In this document: positions 62,831 to 64,000 of the stretch, one piece after another
Numbering within the stretch: position 1 is the stretch's first letter
How the letters are laid out: every line of letters begins with the position of its first letter
Program-made: the position numbers and the translations under genes
Notes under the pieces: generated by a model
What the model was told of the DNA's origin: nothing
The model's database searches: none
The model's input: the letters and a program-made list of their open reading frames with translations, nothing else
Source of the DNA: Takakia lepidozioides
Lineage: Eukaryota; Plantae; Bryophyta
Assembly (NCBI GenBank): GCA_030704615.1
Contig: CM060731.1
Location: 69,812,001-69,876,000 of the forward strand
Reading direction: 5' to 3'
DNA length: 64,000 bases

Positions 62831-63466
62831 TGTCACGGACATATCCCAGAGGAACTTACCAGGAGTAAATACCAGAAGTTATCAAATTATCATGTTACCG
62901 GAAGTTATCATGACTTACCTTGATTTACCATTAGTTACCAAGTTACCGGGAGTTTATCAAATTACCAAGAGTAATTTGGGAAACTGCTCAGAAAGCTTCT
63001 TTTGGAGGAAACTTCTCCATTAAGATACCTCATTTGTTTAAAGAAGCTTCTCTATTAAAAAACCTTTGTTTAAACTTGGAAACTTCTCCATCAAGAAACC
63101 TATATAGGGGAAGCTTTTTAGCTAGGGAAATTTTCTTAGTAGCCAATATATATAGGAGGCGAGACTGGACACTCTTTAGTCTCGCCAACACAAGTTCAAG
63201 CTACTCTTGTTCCCAATCCCAGTACTTTAGTCCAGCTTCCAGTACTCTAGACCAGTTTCCAGTATCTGGTACCCCAGTCTAGTTTCCAGCATTCCAGTAT
63301 TCGAGTCGAATTCCAATATCTTGTACTCTTGTCCATTGTTATAAATATCATCTTGATTCATATATACCCACCATGCATTCGGCCACGCCAACCTTGACTT
63401 CTTGTCTAGTTTTGTACCTCTAGTCTGATCTCTTGTTTGTGTTCAGTCAAGTTCTCGTCCTTGACA
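62831..63466 (+). mobile_element. 5' LTR of a Ty3/gypsy (Tcn1/Tf1-like chromovirus-type) retrotransposon
   Basis: TGTCACGGAC...GTCCTTGACA terminal inverted repeat (9/10), internal U3 repeats, TATATATA at about 63147, gag directly downstream. Confidence 0.88.
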
Positions 63467-63553
63467 GTTTGACGAGACTAAAGTTTGTTCCTTAGTTAGT
63501 TAAGATGGAAGACACATTTGCTGGTTGTTACATTGCAAAGTCTTTAGCTTCAG

Positions 63554-64000
63554 ATGCAAGAACTTCGTACCTCTACCGCCCAATTGCAAGCTGATCAGTC
63601 TCAAGATCTTGGCAACGCTCTCTACAATTTGCAACAACAAATTTCAGAGTTAAAAGAGTCGACCAATGGATCTTCAACCAAACGAATCCCTACTGCAATA
63701 GCTCCTACTGCAACAGTTCATACTGCAACGGTTCCCTCTCAACAGAGTACGAGAGAACCAAAGATCAGCATGACTGAGAAATTTGATGGGCCGAGATCAA
63801 GATTTCGCGATTTTGTTCAACAAGTACGACTGTTCCTACGACTATATCCACAACGCTACCCCGATGAAGGTATTCAAGTGAGATTCATGGGTACCCTTCT
63901 ATCAGGCACTGCCCTATCTTGGTTTGCACCGCTATTAGAAAAAAATTCGCATTTACTATATAATTTTGAAGCATTCATGTCTGAGTTCACTGCAACGTTT
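63554..64000 (+). CDS. gag: Retrotransposon Gag (Ty3/gypsy capsid), runs off the window end
   Basis: Open frame MQELRTSTAQLQ...EPKISMTEKFDGPRSRFRDFVQQVRLFL..YPQRYP...LLSGTALSWFAPLL...FEAFMSEF. An upstream ATG at 63505 is out of frame. Confidence 0.85.
   Translation, partial: MQELRTSTAQLQADQSQDLGNALYNLQQQISELKESTNGSSTKRIPTAIAPTATVHTATVPSQQSTREPKISMTEKFDGPRSRFRDFVQQVRLFLRLYPQRYPDEGIQVRFMGTLLSGTALSWFAPLLEKNSHLLYNFEAFMSEFTATF

Overview
Eukaryotic plant nuclear DNA: a gene-dense region with spliceosomal introns, no bacterial features and no CRISPR. The lineage is probably a seed-free land plant such as a lycophyte or fern; this is inferred only from a PLS-class PPR remnant, an RTEX-like LINE and a Tcn1/Tf1-like Ty3/gypsy gag. 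Genes in order: tRNA-Phe(GAA); GT77 RG-II xylosyltransferase (-); CCA-adding enzyme (+); RPL19 (-); TMEM42-like protein (+); aldo-keto reductase (-); ABIL (+); TBP (-); SET protein ASHR2 (+); cytochrome b561 (+); intronless plastid GTPase Der (-, frameshifted); U-box/ARM E3 ligase (+, frameshifted); DeSI/PPPDE peptidase (-). Three gene pairs are head-to-head with short gaps. A block at 45.9-50.2 kb is a patchwork of gene fragments and repeats. The strongest signals are: (1) a LINE family with five or more copies in the window that ends in a (TC)n tail, with its largest copy flanked by (TC)n on both sides, suggesting microsatellite targeting; (2) an LTR retrotransposon whose primer-binding site is complementary to its own transcript 5' end rather than to an obvious tRNA (Tf1-type self-priming); (3) a TBP stop codon apparently split by a LINE-containing intron; (4) two GC-AG introns in ABIL. 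Many frameshifts look like long-read indel errors, so pseudogene calls at 43-54 kb are uncertain. No database searches were run; family assignments come from recognising motifs by eye.
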